DNA of 64,000 nucleotides from Camelus ferus (Eukaryota): NCBI RefSeq assembly GCF_009834535.1, contig NC_045704.1, positions 6,758,001 to 6,822,000 of the forward strand, read 5' to 3'. Shown piece by piece: positions 1 to 18,370 of this stretch (position 1 is its first letter; each line of letters starts with the position of its first letter). The notes under the pieces were generated by a model. It saw only the letters and a program-made list of their open reading frames with translations, ran no database searches and was not told where the DNA came from. The position numbers and the translations under genes were made by a program.

Positions 1-1
1 T

Positions 2-6600
<6,599 letters not shown>

Positions 6601-6789
6601 TTTAACGTTTCTGCTGTTAAAGATGAGAAACACTGAAACCTAACTAAATCAAATAGATCCCAAGGGACTCAAGAGTAGCGAGTCTGAAATCCCGCCTAGC
6701 CCCCCCAAGCGCCCCCTTCCCCTTTTTTACACAGAAGCTGCGCTGACTTTGACGCCCTTCAAGGTGGGTGGGCTAAACCTCAAAAATGG

Positions 6790-7300
6790 GGCATTCTGAG
6801 GGGGGAAAAAGGGTCTGGGTGGGTGAATCTCTTCCGAGAAGGATGCTGGGTCTGTGTGGGGAGATTCATCTGAGGGTGGAGGAAGGTTCTGTAGTGAGGG
6901 GAAGCCAGCCTCCGTGGGCAGCAGGCTCTGTGTCGGGGGTGGGAGGGTGTTCCTGACAGAAAGAAGTAGACTGGGGGGAGTTCTGTCAGATGGGGGAGCT
7001 AGGTTTGTAGGCAAAATCCTGTAAAAGAAACATGGCCTTTTTGTAGGGATCCTGTCTGAAGGAGAAGCCGAGTCTGTGAGAATCCTGGGGGTGGGGCAGG
7101 GACTGTGGGGGATAGAAGAGTCCTGTCTGAGGAGGGGTCCTGACTGAAGGGAAAGCAAGGTCAGTGAGAGGGGACCCTGTCTGAAGTGGGAGCAGCGTCT
7201 GTGGGAGGGGATCCCGTCGGAGGTGAGATCGGGGTCCGTGGGAGGGGATCCCGTCGGAGATGAGATCGGGGTCTGTGGGAGGCGATACTGTCTTAAGTCA
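6790..7300. repeat. Degenerate purine-rich tandem array ending in a 37-bp near-perfect VNTR (7198-7282)
   Basis: The unit TCTGTGGGAGGGGATCCCGTCGGAGGTGAGATCGGGG occurs at 7198-7234, at 7235-7271 (2 mismatches) and partially at 7272-7282. Older CCTGTCTGA-type units lie upstream. Confidence 0.8.
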
Positions 7301-7399
7301 CTGGGCACGGAGAAAACTCGAGGCAAGGGTGACTTGGAGCTGCTCCCTGGGTGGGCCTTGGCCCCCTGTGCAGGGCTGGGTTTCCAGTGCAGGATGAGG

Positions 7400-7830
7400 C
7401 CTGGGCGGCAGCTCTGAAACGATCCAGAGAACCTGGAGGGTCGGCACGTCCGGCCCCAAGACTGCTCCACCTCTCGCAGGCTCGATCACCTAAAAGCTTC
7501 GGAGTTATCCGGATGCAGCCTCCCCCACCCCAGCTCCCCATACGCCCAAGCGAGGTGGCAGTGGTGGAAGTGTGTCTGGGGCTGCCGGGCGTATTAGGGC
7601 TTTTGTTCGCCGCAGGGCCTGGGGGGCTGCAGGGCTTTGTTTCCGCGCCTGCCTTTGTTCCAGCTCCAGCGCGGCCCCCAAATCCGAGCCCCGCCCCGCC
7701 CCGCCCCGCCCCTTCAGCTGCCTAAGCGCCCAGCCTACCGGGGTCCCCGCGAGTCCACGCCCCCACCGGCTGGCCCGCCCCCTCCCAACCACTCCCCCAA
7801 GGCCAGGGCCCAGACCCTAGCTTCCTTCCT
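7400..7830. promoter_or_regulatory. Second GC/CpG-rich promoter-like element about 1.5 kb upstream of TRIM28
   Basis: (CCCCG)4 GC-box run near 7689-7712 with local CpG enrichment, separated from the main island by the VNTR. Confidence 0.45.
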
Positions 7831-8927
7831 CCAATAACGGGGAAGGAAAGTTGGTGGCTGGTTCTGCACAGGGTGAAGAGTGGAATCCTTTAGTAGTATT
7901 TACTGAGCACTTTCCATGACCCCACACCTACTCTGCAAGGGGCCCCAAAACTACCGGGTCGGGCGGGGTAGGGGTGATCCATACCTGCCCTTGCCTCTTG
8001 GGCAGACATGGGGTGTCAGGGGCCAGACAGTCAAAATAAGCCAATGATTGTAAAGAGTGTAGGAGTGGACTTCCCTAGCAGCTGCCACCAAACACCTGGG
8101 GGAAGAACAATTCAGGCAAAGACAACAAATGCCCTGAGGCAAACCAGGCACACAGGAGGCAGTGACAGGAGGAGTGGTGGGAGGTGTCTAGAGGTTGCTG
8201 GGCAGATAGGTTGTTTACAGTCCCTTCGCTAGGCTCTAGCAACTGTTCAGAACAGCATTGATGGAGGCTAGGTCAACTGGAAACCAGGCTCAGGCAAACT
8301 CAGGGAGCACAAGGAGACACCCTACGACTGGCCGAGCCAGGGTGGGCATACAGGAGGGCCGGGCCGGGCCAGGGCAGAACCCTCACTCAGAGGTCCTCTC
8401 TGAGGAGCCAGCCTATCCAGAGGTGTATGGCAGGACATGGGTACATCTTGGCTCTGCCCCTCAGTAGGCCAGTGTCACCTTATAGGCTCATCCCCTGTGC
8501 TCCTTGTCCACCCTTTACAGCTTCTCACCGTGGCCAATCCCAGACCCATGGACGCTGTCTATATTCTGGCTCTGTGGACAGGGCACAAGGGGTGAAACAA
8601 TGTGCAGGAGGTGCCAGCCGAACCACTGCCCCTTTTGGGGGCCCACCTGCAGACAGCCACCCTCACTCTCTCTTCCCTCCCCAAACTCCATGCTTGCACC
8701 TGGCTCCCTCTCCCACCTTCAACTGTCACCCCCAAAGCCACTTCCTGGGGAAGTCTTGTGACTACATCTCTCCAATCTCTGCATCTTCAAAGATTTCATC
8801 CAGGAACTAGATAGTTGTAATAGTCCCACAATGTCATGAATGCACTTAATGCCACTAAACTGTATACTTTCAAATAGTTGAGATGGAAATTTTGTGTGTA
8901 TTTTACCCCACACATAAAAATCAGATT

Positions 8928-9073
8928 GGGGGGAGGGTATAACTCCATGATAGAGTGCGTACTTTGCATGCACGAGGTCCTGGGTTCACTTCCCAGCACT
9001 TCCATTAATAAATAAGTAAATAAATAAATAAACCTAATTACCTCACACACGAAAAAATTTAAAAATAAAAAAT
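8928..9073 (+). mobile_element. tRNA-Ala-derived SINE (vic-1-like)
   Basis: GGGGGGAGGGTATAACTC...GAGGTCCTGGGTTCA head, (AAAT)n tail with AAACCTAATTACC, TSD AAATCAGATT at 8918-8927 and 9074-9083. Confidence 0.9.
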
Positions 9074-9369
9074 AAATCAGATTTTGATGAATCTGTCCCT
9101 CTGACCTCTGACCTCACTACTCAGCTCCAGCCACATAGGCCAACTGTGTGGTTCCCACCTCACAGCCATTGCACTTGCCCAGAACATTCTTCCCCACCTC
9201 TCTTTCTTGCTGCTTCCTTCTCTACTTTTACACTTCATCTAGAGAGACTCACAGGACATGCGCTCCAAGCTGTTTGTGGTCACTGCTGCACTGCCATGCC
9301 TCACCCAGGGCCTGCTCCCCAGGAGGCACTCCGTCAGTGTGTAAAAGGACAAATGCCTGAAGGTGATGG

Positions 9370-10000
9370 CTGTCAGTTTTTGTTTAATTGTGTTAAAATT
9401 TACATAGCCTCAAATTCATCATTTTACTTATTTTAAAGTGTAAGTTCAGGAGCATTTCATACATTCATGTTGTGCTCATCTTGTTCCAGAAATTTCATCA
9501 CCCCAAAAGGAAACCCTGTACCCATCAGCACTCACTCCCTGTTCCACTGGCCCTTGGAAACTACTAATCTGCCTTCTGTTTCTATGAACTTTTTAATCTT
9601 TTGATGGAGGCTTTTACTATGTCGAGAAAAGCATACATATCGTACCTACAGGGAGCACCCTCAGTAACCAGCTCTCAGAGGAAAAAATGGAATGTCTGTG
9701 GCTGAGACGCCTTTTGTGCCCCTCCCAGCTGCAGCCGTCCTGACTTCTCCCACCACAGACAAACTTTATGGTCCATACGTGGAACCACACAGGGTTTGCA
9801 CGTCAGTGTCTGACTTCTTTCCCTGAGTGCACATCTGTGTGGTGGCGTGTGGCCTTGACCCCTTCTATGCCCTTGCTGTGTAGAACCCCATTCCACAAAT
9901 ATGCTGTAGTTTATTTCCCTGTTCTCCTCTTGACTGCACTTGGGTTTCCCTCCTGCTTGTGCTGTTACCAACACAGCTATAGCAACACCATACATGGCTT
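9370..10000 (-). mobile_element. Old L1M 3' fragment
   Basis: T-rich sequence resembling the reverse complement of an L1M 3'UTR (TTTACATAG...TTTTAAAGTGTAAGTTCAG...CATTCATGTTGTGC). Boundaries approximate. Confidence 0.6.
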
Positions 10001-10030
10001 TTGGCTGGGCTTTCCTTTTTTTCTTGTTTC

Positions 10031-10630
10031 TTTTGTTGTTGTTGTTGAAGTATAGTTGACGTACAATGTTCTGTTAGTCTCTTGTGTACAGCATAGTAAT
10101 TCGGTCATAAATGTATATATACATATTATTTTTCATATTCCTGTTCTTTATAAGTTATTACAAGATATTGAATGTAGTTCTCTGTGCTATACAGTAGGTC
10201 CTTGTTGTTTATCTATTTTACATATAGTGGTTAGTATCTGAAAATCTCAAATTCCTAATTTATCCTTCTCGCCTTTCCCCTTTGGTAACCATAAGTTTGT
10301 TTTCTATGTCTGTGAGTCTGTTTCTGTTTTGTAAATAAGTTCATTTGTATCATTTTTTTTTTAGATTCCACATATAAGTGATATCAAGCCATAGTTTCTT
10401 TCTCTGCCTGACTTAACTTCACTTAATATGATAATNNNNNNNNNNNNNNNNNNNNNNNNNNNNNNNNNNNNNNNNNNNNNNNNNNNNNNNNNNNNNNNNN
10501 NNNNNNNNNNNNNNNNNNNNNNNNNNNNNNNNNNNNNNNNNNNNNNNNNNNNNNNNNNNNNNNNNNNNNNNNNNNNNNNNNNNNNNNNNNNNNNNNNNNN
10601 NNNNNNNNNNNNNNNNNNNAACTCTTCAAT
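10031..10630 (-). mobile_element. Young lineage L1 3' end, interrupted by an N gap
   Basis: GTTGAAGTATAGTTG...CAGCATAGTAATTC...TTAGATTCCACATATAAGTGATATC; same family as the element at 34859-35755. Confidence 0.8.
10436..10619. other. Assembly gap (184 N)
   Basis: N run inside L1. Confidence 1.
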
Positions 10631-10669
10631 TTGGAGTTCTCTCCAGATATATGTGGCTCGACTTTTCTT

Positions 10670-11225
10670 TGTGATGAGCTAACAGAAGGTTTTAGCAGAG
10701 GGTGGTATGGGGTTCAAGGACCAGTAATAAACCTCAGAGAGAGCCAAAGGGGCCACAATAACAAGATAGCTGTCTGTACCCAAATCACTCACTTGGTGAA
10801 GACATAGACCAGAAAACCCAAAGAACATTCCTCTCCCAACATGTAATTATTTTAGCCAAACTGACAACTCTGAGTTATGACCTAACAAACCCCCTCCCAA
10901 AATTCCTCAAGCATTATCAGACTGCCTACCTGCTCCTAAAGATAAACTATACCTTCTCCCTTAAGGAACTTAAGCCCATAGGTAATGAATCAACTAACCT
11001 CTAGAAACCTTCAGCACAACCCCTTTGTGCCTGGTGCCATGTAAGCACAAGGAGTTGAAGCTTACCCTCCCTTATAAAAGAACTCAGGAACCAACCCTCG
11101 GTGCACACACAGGCACCCCTCATCTGTGTGGCCGCTGTTGCCTGTAGCAGCGTATCTATTAAGTTTTCCTTTGTCTCTGATAAATTACTTCACCGCCCAC
11201 GCACCGGCCGCCGAGTCCCCCAGCA
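10670..11225 (+). mobile_element. Probable ERV LTR
   Basis: TG start and CA end candidates, TATA-like TTATAAAA near 11071, CpG-rich U5-like end. No TSD recognised. Confidence 0.45.
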
Positions 11226-11361
11226 GATGGCGTGATCAGATTCCCAGGAAGGGAGTAGATGGCTTGGAGGTGGAATGCAGAAGATAAGCATCGATGCAGG
11301 CCAGGCAGAGAAGGCATTTGAGCCTCTGAAGTCACCCCTTAAAATAACTATCTTTCCTCCC

Positions 11362-12130
11362 TTAGTTTCCTGTGGCTACGGTAACACATTACCACAAACT
11401 TGGTAGCTTAAAACAAAAATTTAACGCACAGTTCTGTTGGCCAGAATTCTGAAATCTGCTGGCTCGAGGGGTTCCTAGGCTTGTGGCCACATGATGTCCA
11501 TCTTCAAGGCCAAAGTCTTCTACTCACTCTGTGGTTCCAACTCCATATTGCCTTTGCCTCTGTGTTGTGCTAGGGACTGAACTGTGTCCACCCAAAAATG
11601 CCTCTGTTGAAGCTCTGCCAATGTGATAGTATTTGGTAATGGAGCCTTTGGGAGGTAGTCAGGGTTGGGTGGGGTCATGAGCGAGAAGCTCTCATAATAG
11701 GACTAAAGTCCTATTAAGAACAGATGCCAGAGAGCTTGCTATGATCACAAAGAAGAGGTACTATGAGCATACAGCAACATGGCAGCCTCCGACATGCCNN
11801 NNNNNNNNNNNNNNNNNNNNNNNNNNNNNNNNNNNNNNNNNNNNNNNNNNNNNNNNNNNNNNNNNNNNNNNNNNNNNNNNNNNNNNNNNNNNNNNNNNNN
11901 NNNNNNNNNNNNNNNNNNNNNNNNNNNNNNNNNNNNNNNNNNCAGATGGCAATCTCCTTTGCCTCACTCTTAGAATGCACGTTAATTTACATTTAGAGCC
12001 CACCCATTTCTCCACTTCCAGACCCACAGTCACAACTGCAAAGATCCTCTTTCCCATTACGGTAACACTTCCAGGTTTCAAGAATTAGGATGTGCATAGC
12101 TTCAGGGACCATCTTTCTGCCTCCTGCAGT
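11362..12130. mobile_element. Nested MaLR (MLT1-type) LTRs: a + copy inside a - copy
   Basis: TTACCACAAACTTGGTAGCTTAAAAC (minus-strand MLT end) and GGACTGAACTGTGTCCACCCAAAA...GGAGCCTTTGGGAGGT (plus-strand MLT start). Confidence 0.65.
11799..11942. other. Assembly gap (144 N)
   Basis: N run inside MLT. Confidence 1.
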
Positions 12131-12811
12131 CCACATTTCACAGATGGGAAAACCAATCCCCAGAGAACAGAAGGTGCTGTCCAGGGCCTACTGTTCAACC
12201 CAGTCCTGGGCTTGGTGGGTACCCTCATCCCTTCCAACTTCTGCCTTCTCAAGTGAATCCCTGGCCCCCAGGGACAGCAGGAGGGAAAGGATGGGAGACA
12301 TCCAGAGCTCAGAGTTTCATCCTTTCCCTGCAGAGAGGAACCAGGTAGCCTGGGAGAAAGGATTCCAGGACAAAAGGGGAAAGCCCAGCTGAGCCTGGAA
12401 CGCCACAAAGTCAGTCCCTAAGAATGACTGGAGCATGTTAAAAGGACACAGAGGCCACACCTGATGCTACAACTCAAGAATCAGAAAAAAATATGACTGC
12501 CATTGACTGACATAAATGAATCCACCCTACCCATGAGTTCTTAAGCGTTTCTGAAAAAGTCAGAAAAACAAGCTCATCTGTCACCATATCATGCCGCTTT
12601 TAAGGCAGCCCCTCACTCTGAGAATTCAGCCCTGATTCTGCCTTCCCCAAGGGAATTGTATTTCAGGGGAACACATGGCCCCAGTCCTGGCCAAGATAAT
12701 TAAATCTAGAATTCAGAAAACATCATTTCCCAAGCCATAATGGGATCCCTGAGCAGGCTAGGATTCTCTACTGCACACACTATGAGGTGAATGGAAGGTG
12801 GGGTGTCATGT

Positions 12812-13220
12812 TGTTACAGAAATGACAGGCCAGCCAAGAAACAAGCACCACTCGGAGGATTGGAGTACTCAGATCTATTACGCCGGCGGGCTCAGAGGGG
12901 CTTCTGCTCCGAAGCTCTGAGCACCTCCAAGACGTGCACATGAGGTTTTATAGGGTTAATTACAAGTATGGGGCTATTAGCCAATAAGGTTCAAACAACA
13001 AAAAGCAAGGATCAGTACTCTGGAGCTTGTCAATTCGGAACAGATCACGTTACTGACACTTGTTGAGCTTGGATTTACGAGTTAGCTTGTTAGCCCAGTA
13101 AACTGACACTAAACTTCAGATTTATGAGTTAGCCCAGCAGAACTTAGATCAGTAAACCGACACTTATCACACTTAGATTTGTGACTTAGCTCGTTAGCCC
13201 AGCTGGGCTTTTCCTTCACA
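12812..13220 (-). mobile_element. ERV1-class solo LTR, 409 bp
   Basis: The minus strand reads TGTGAAGG...CTGTAACA. 4-bp TSD ATGT at 12808-12811 and 13221-13224; TATAAAA at 12946-12952; CCAAT at 12981-12985; GTTAGCCCAG three times in U3. Confidence 0.88.
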
Positions 13221-13589
13221 ATGTGGTCATCTAGCAATGGGGACACAGAAGTAAGCACAGTTAGACTGTCACTGCCCCCTTGTTAGGGTCAGCACTGCTG
13301 AGATCCTGCATGGCATGCAATGGTGCTCGCCTGACCCCCGCTCTGAGGGGTTCTCACCAACAATATTTGGCCCAAAGCCCAAGAAGTCTTTAGAGCTAAC
13401 TTTCCATCTACGGGAGCTACAGGGGATGTTGGAGGGAGACAGAGAGGCAACCAGAGTGTCCACCTGGCAGGGGGCATGTCCTGCCAGAACCAGGGTCCAC
13501 TGCCCTCCATCAGTCCTCACAGAGGGGCTATAAACCTCCGGCCAGCCACTGAAACAGTGGCCACTGGGGCTGGCACAGAGACGAACACA

Positions 13590-14720
13590 GACGACACAAA
13601 GGAAGTTTTAAGGTGGAAGGAAATGTTCTGAAACTGGATTGTGGTGATGGTGTGGTGATGGCTACACAATGATGAACATTAATTTACTAAAACTCTTTGA
13701 AGGGTACCTGCAATGGGTGTCTTTTATGGCATATAAATTATACCTCAATACAACTGTTATAGGGGAGGGGAGGTCCAAAGAAGATACACAAGTGATGTGG
13801 ACAACAAGCACATGAAAAGACATTCCACATCATTAGTCATCAGTATGAAATACTGATTCACATTCACTTAGGATGGCTATTAAGAGAGAGAGAGAGGTCG
13901 CCTCTCGCTCCCTCCTCTTCGGAGACATCCCACACTCTGTCTATAGAGTATGTACCTACTTTTACTTTAACCTGAGCACCCAACCCCCACAACTTGTGGC
14001 CTTTTTCTTGCCTTTTGAAACAGCCTACACTCTATGAAGTATGTATCTCTCTAAATAAATCTACCTTTACTCAAAAAAAAAAAAAAAGAGAGAGAATAAA
14101 AGCGTTGGCAGAGATGTACAGAAACTGAAGCCCTCCTGCATTGCTGGTGGGGATGTAACATAGTGCAGCCACCCTAGAAAAAAAGTTCAGCAGTTCCTCA
14201 AATGGCTAAACACAGATTTAACTATTTGATCCAGCAATTAACTCCTAGGTACATATCCAAAGGAACTGGAAGGAGATATTCAAACAAATCCTTGTACAGG
14301 ACTGTTCACAGCAGCAGTATTCACAACAGCCAAAGGTGGAAACAACCCCAAGGTCTACCAACTGATGAATAAATAAACAAATGTCATATTTCCATACAAT
14401 GGAGTCTTAGCCAGGAAAAGGAACAAAGCACTCCTATGTGCTACAACATACATGAACCTAGAAAACATTATACTAAGTGAAGAAATGAGACACAAAACAT
14501 CACATACTGTATGAATTCACTTATATGAAATTCCAGAATATGCAAACTAATAGAGACATAAAGTAGAGATCAGTTGTTGCCAGGGACTGGAGGTAGGGGA
14601 AAATGAGGAATTACTGGGGCAAGGAAGATTTTGAAACTAGATGGAGGTGGTGGTTATGTAATATTGTGACTATACTAAAATCCACCGATTGTTTACTTTA
14701 AAATGGTTAATTTTTGTGTT
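13590..14720 (+). mobile_element. Old L1M ORF2 3' end and 3'UTR fragments
   Basis: CACTTAGGATGGCTAT...GTTGGCAGAGATG...CATTGCTGGTGGGGATGTAA...GATCCAGCAATT collinear with L1, split by the 13892-14085 insertion. Confidence 0.75.
13892..14085 (+). mobile_element. 5'-truncated polyadenylated retrocopy of an ERV LTR R region
   Basis: Homologous to about 60150-60305. AATAAA at 14054-14059, A run at 14073-14087, TSD AAGAGAGAGA at 13882-13891 and 14086-14095. Confidence 0.75.
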
Positions 14721-15759
14721 ATGTGAATTACCTTTTTTTTTTTTTTTTTGCCGGAGGACCCCACCCCGCCCCCTCGCGGGAAACGGGGATGGGGAGCGCC
14801 AGGGGTATTACCTTAATTTTAAAAGGGGAAGTGACGCTTCTGGATCAACAGGGAGCAAAGGACCTGAGACATCCTGAACAACGGGTCCTGGGCAGAGACA
14901 AACCAGCCATCAGGGCCCATTTGTGGACAGATGGTGACTTGACATGGACCTGTCAAAGAGCAAGGCAGCTTCCAAGGACAGACCACTAGGAAACCATCCT
15001 TGTTTTTTAAAAGATGCATCCTGAGTTTAAGAGAAGACTTAATCAATGTCTTAAACACAAACAGGTCAGGGTGGACATCAGCCACCATGGACCCAGAGGA
15101 AGACAGCCTGCAAGAGCAAGGCTAGGCTGTTCTGCCTCAGTTTCCCACCTCAGCAAGGAGGTGCTTTCAGACCAGAAGCCAAGGGCACAGCTCCTGAGTG
15201 GAAAAAAATGAACAATCCAACTAGACAAAATTCACAACATCTGGGTGGGAGGCACAGTGGCCAGAGGCAAAGTGATGGAGACCTCACAGTGTGCAATTTC
15301 TTCGATATGAAATATCCAGCAAGGCAAATCTATAGTGACAATAGATATGTGGTTGCCGGGACAGGGTGGGACCAGGGACTCACAGTGGATGGGCACAGGG
15401 ATCTCACTGGGGATGGGAGAAATGTTCTAGAACAGGAAGATGCTAAGAGTTACACAAAATGGCAAATTTACTAAAAGTGGTTGGCTCATATGTGCACATG
15501 AGATGGGCGAATTATAGGACAGAGTTGGTGATAAGAGGTAAGAAGGGCTGTGCTGGGCCCCTGGGCCAGGAATTCCAAGCCCCAGGGCACCAGGAGCAAA
15601 GATGAGATGGGAGGGACCTGAGGAACACTGATTAGCACAAACACTGTAACCTATTTAGTGGGTGCATTAAACCGGGAATGGAGCAGGAGTCTGGAAGGAA
15701 CAGAACTGCCTAGGTGTGCCACCTCCAGGGGCTTTTCCCTCCACCTACAAGCTTTCCTT

Positions 15760-15886
15760 TTGTCTTTTTTTGAGGGGGAAAAGGGATAATTAGGTTTGTT
15801 TGTTTGTTTGTTTGTTTATTTAATGGAGGCACTGGGGATTGAACCCAGGACCTCATGCGCTCTACCAGAGCTATTCTCACCCCCCC
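15760..15886 (-). mobile_element. tRNA-Ala-derived SINE with internal deletion
   Basis: Reverse complement of the SINE head (TGGAGGCACTGGGGATTGAACCCAGGACCTC) with a (TTTG)n tail. Confidence 0.85.
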
Positions 15887-16139
15887 GACAAGATTTACTT
15901 TAGAAAAATAAGGTTTTTTTTAATTAAAAACAATTTTTTGATCTACTAAAAATAGGACAAAAAAAGACAAAAGAATATATGCTAATTTGGGAATGTTAAG
16001 TGCTCCAGTGTGTGCTATATTGTTTTCTGTGTTTCTTGCTTTTTTTTTTCCTTTGGAAAATTAATCCAAAGGCCTACACTAGGGTGCAGGGACCCTGAAG
16101 TGACAGTGGTGGTAGTTCTGTTAAGATTATTATTCCAGT

Positions 16140-16300
16140 GGGGAGGGTATAGCTCAGTGGTGGAGTGCGCACTTAGCATGAGGTCCTGGCTTCACTCTCC
16201 AGTAACTCCATTAAAATAAATAAAGAAAGAAATATACCTAAAGTTATTCCACGAAATAATAACTAATTAATTAAGCCTAATTGCCTCCCCTCCCAAAAAT
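16140..16300 (+). mobile_element. tRNA-Ala-derived SINE
   Basis: GGGGAGGGTATAGCTCAGTGGTGGAGTGCGC head with an A-rich tail. Confidence 0.85.
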
Positions 16301-17829
16301 GGTGATTATTTCAGTTCAGGTTTCCTCCTTCCCCTGTGGTTTCCTCAGGCCTGGGTCCATAAGGCTACTGGGGGGTTGTCTTTTACATATGAAAGCAAGT
16401 GAAACTCTCTAAGTTGCACTTACTCCTCATCCTGACCCAGTGGCAGTCCCTGAGGCCGGTCTGGATGTTTCTTTTCTGGTAAGTCCTGAAGGAACCTGGC
16501 TGGGTCCCACCTGTTGTTCCTACTGCCTCCTTGGGCTCCACCGGGACCTGGGTCCGCGCTCCCCTCCCGCCCCCTCCCCAACCTGCTGCCTCCAGGGGCT
16601 TTCTGGGGTGATAGGGGTCCTGCCATGCAGCTCCCCCATCACAGAGGGCTCCCCATTTCCTCTCAGGACCGACCACAGGTACCTGCTTCCACCCTATCTG
16701 CCTTGACCGGAAGGCATCCCTCTGGGGCCACACTCAGTGTTCAGCCCCTGGGCTGAGGGATGCTCCCAGCAGACGGAGGTGTGCACCAGGGTCTGAGCCC
16801 TGCATCACACACCTGGCACAGACCAGACCCACCTAGACTAGGGCTGGCCTAGAGACCTGAACACTGGGCTTCACCCATGGGCAGTGGCTGCTACAGAAGA
16901 AGGGTAGAGAGGGGCTGGGACCCTGGGTGACCTGGGAGCAGAGGCTGAGCCCTCTGACTCCTGACATAAGCGGTGTGTGTGTAGATCGGGATTCTCCGCC
17001 TTGGTGGGCTTAGGAAGGAGCTTACGGGTTCTTCCCTCGATGGTTGGCCAGTGTCGCCTGCTCCTTCTCCCCCACTGCCTCTAAGACTCTCAGATCTGGT
17101 CTGCCATTTTCAGTATTCACAGGCCACTTCGGCCCCTCCCTAGCTGATTAAACCTGTGTCCTCAGCCACCCTATTTATTCCCTGAGATGACCCCGCAATC
17201 ACCGCACAAGGTCTTTGGAAAGAAAAGCGAAATAGATATTTTTCTCAAGGCTTGTGATGCTGGAGGCCACAGCTCCCAATCCCTTTGCCACTTGAGAGGG
17301 GTCAGGTTTGGGATTTTCCTCCTGCCTCCCACACTCCTTCCTGGCCAGATCCTCCCTCTCACCCTCTTCTGCTGAGAACTTTTCTGCCCTCTCCTTCCTA
17401 CCCTGAATCTGTCCCCTTCTGGCTTTCCCTACTGAGGCCTGAGCAGCCACTGCTGTCTTCTGGGCCTCTTGTGTGGGCCGCCACTGTCCCCACGGTCCTT
17501 TAAACACGCTGATGGGACTGTGGTCTCCACCTCCACCCCGACAGCAGCTCAGCCCACAATTCTCTCACCTGCCTCTCCCAAAGGAGGGCCACCCTCCCTG
17601 CTTACAGCCCTCACATATGCCTTTCCACTTGCCCTGATGCTGTTTCAGCCACACCTGGATGGCTGGTTCCCTCTCTTACGCGGGAGTCCCTCTGCTCGTA
17701 GGATGGGAGATGAGACCACCACAGTGCCTAATACACGCTGGTAAGGCAGGAATAAAGCATTCAGCAAGAGACAGGCAATCGGCAGGTATTTATCAGATTT
17801 CCTGTGCGAAGGCCCTGAGTCTCTGGCAG

Positions 17830-18370
17830 CTGTGTTCATTTTCTGTTGCTACTTAACACATTACGACAAACTCTGTGGCTGAAAACATCAATTATTAGCT
17901 CACCGTTCTGTAGGTCAGAAACCTGGGCAGCGTACTCTGCTTGGATCTCACACAGGATGCCATGATGCTGTGGGCAGGGCCGGGCTCTCATCTGGAAGTT
18001 CTGGGGAAGAGCCGGCTTCCTATCTCAGTCAGGTTGTTGGCAGAACCCAGTTCCATGCAGGGTAGGAATGAGGTCCCTGTTTTCTTGCTGGCTGTCTCCC
18101 AGGGCCCTTCTCAGATTCTCGACTCAACCCCCCCCCCATATTTCTTGTCACGTGGGCCTCCCACCTTCAAAGCCCTGGCCTCCTTCTCCTCCTTCAAGTC
18201 TGTTTCTGCTTCTGCCTCTAAGGGCCCTCATGGTTCCCTTGGGCCCACTCAAACACTGCAGGACAATCTCCTCCTTTAAGGTCGGCTGATTAGTAACCTT
18301 TATTATGTCTGCCATGTACTGTAACTGTTCACAGGTCTGGGCATTTGGGCATAGAATGTTGGAGGAGGCA
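17830..18370 (-). mobile_element. MaLR (MLT1-type) LTR
   Basis: TAACACATTACGACAAACTCTGTGGCTGAAAAC...CTCACCGTTCTGTAGGTCAGAA. Boundaries approximate. Confidence 0.65.

Noticed and set aside
6727-7470. 247-aa Pro/Ser-rich minus-strand ORF
   Set aside because: It is the translation of the degenerate VNTR, with an alternative start codon and no recognisable domain.
11226-11250. Primer-binding site after the putative LTR (GATGGCGTGATC)
   Set aside because: Only TGGCG matches a tRNA 3' end, and no gag-like sequence follows.
17199-17507. Charged 102-aa ORF as a processed-pseudogene remnant
   Set aside because: No parent protein recognised; the charge bias follows from a pyrimidine-rich plus strand.
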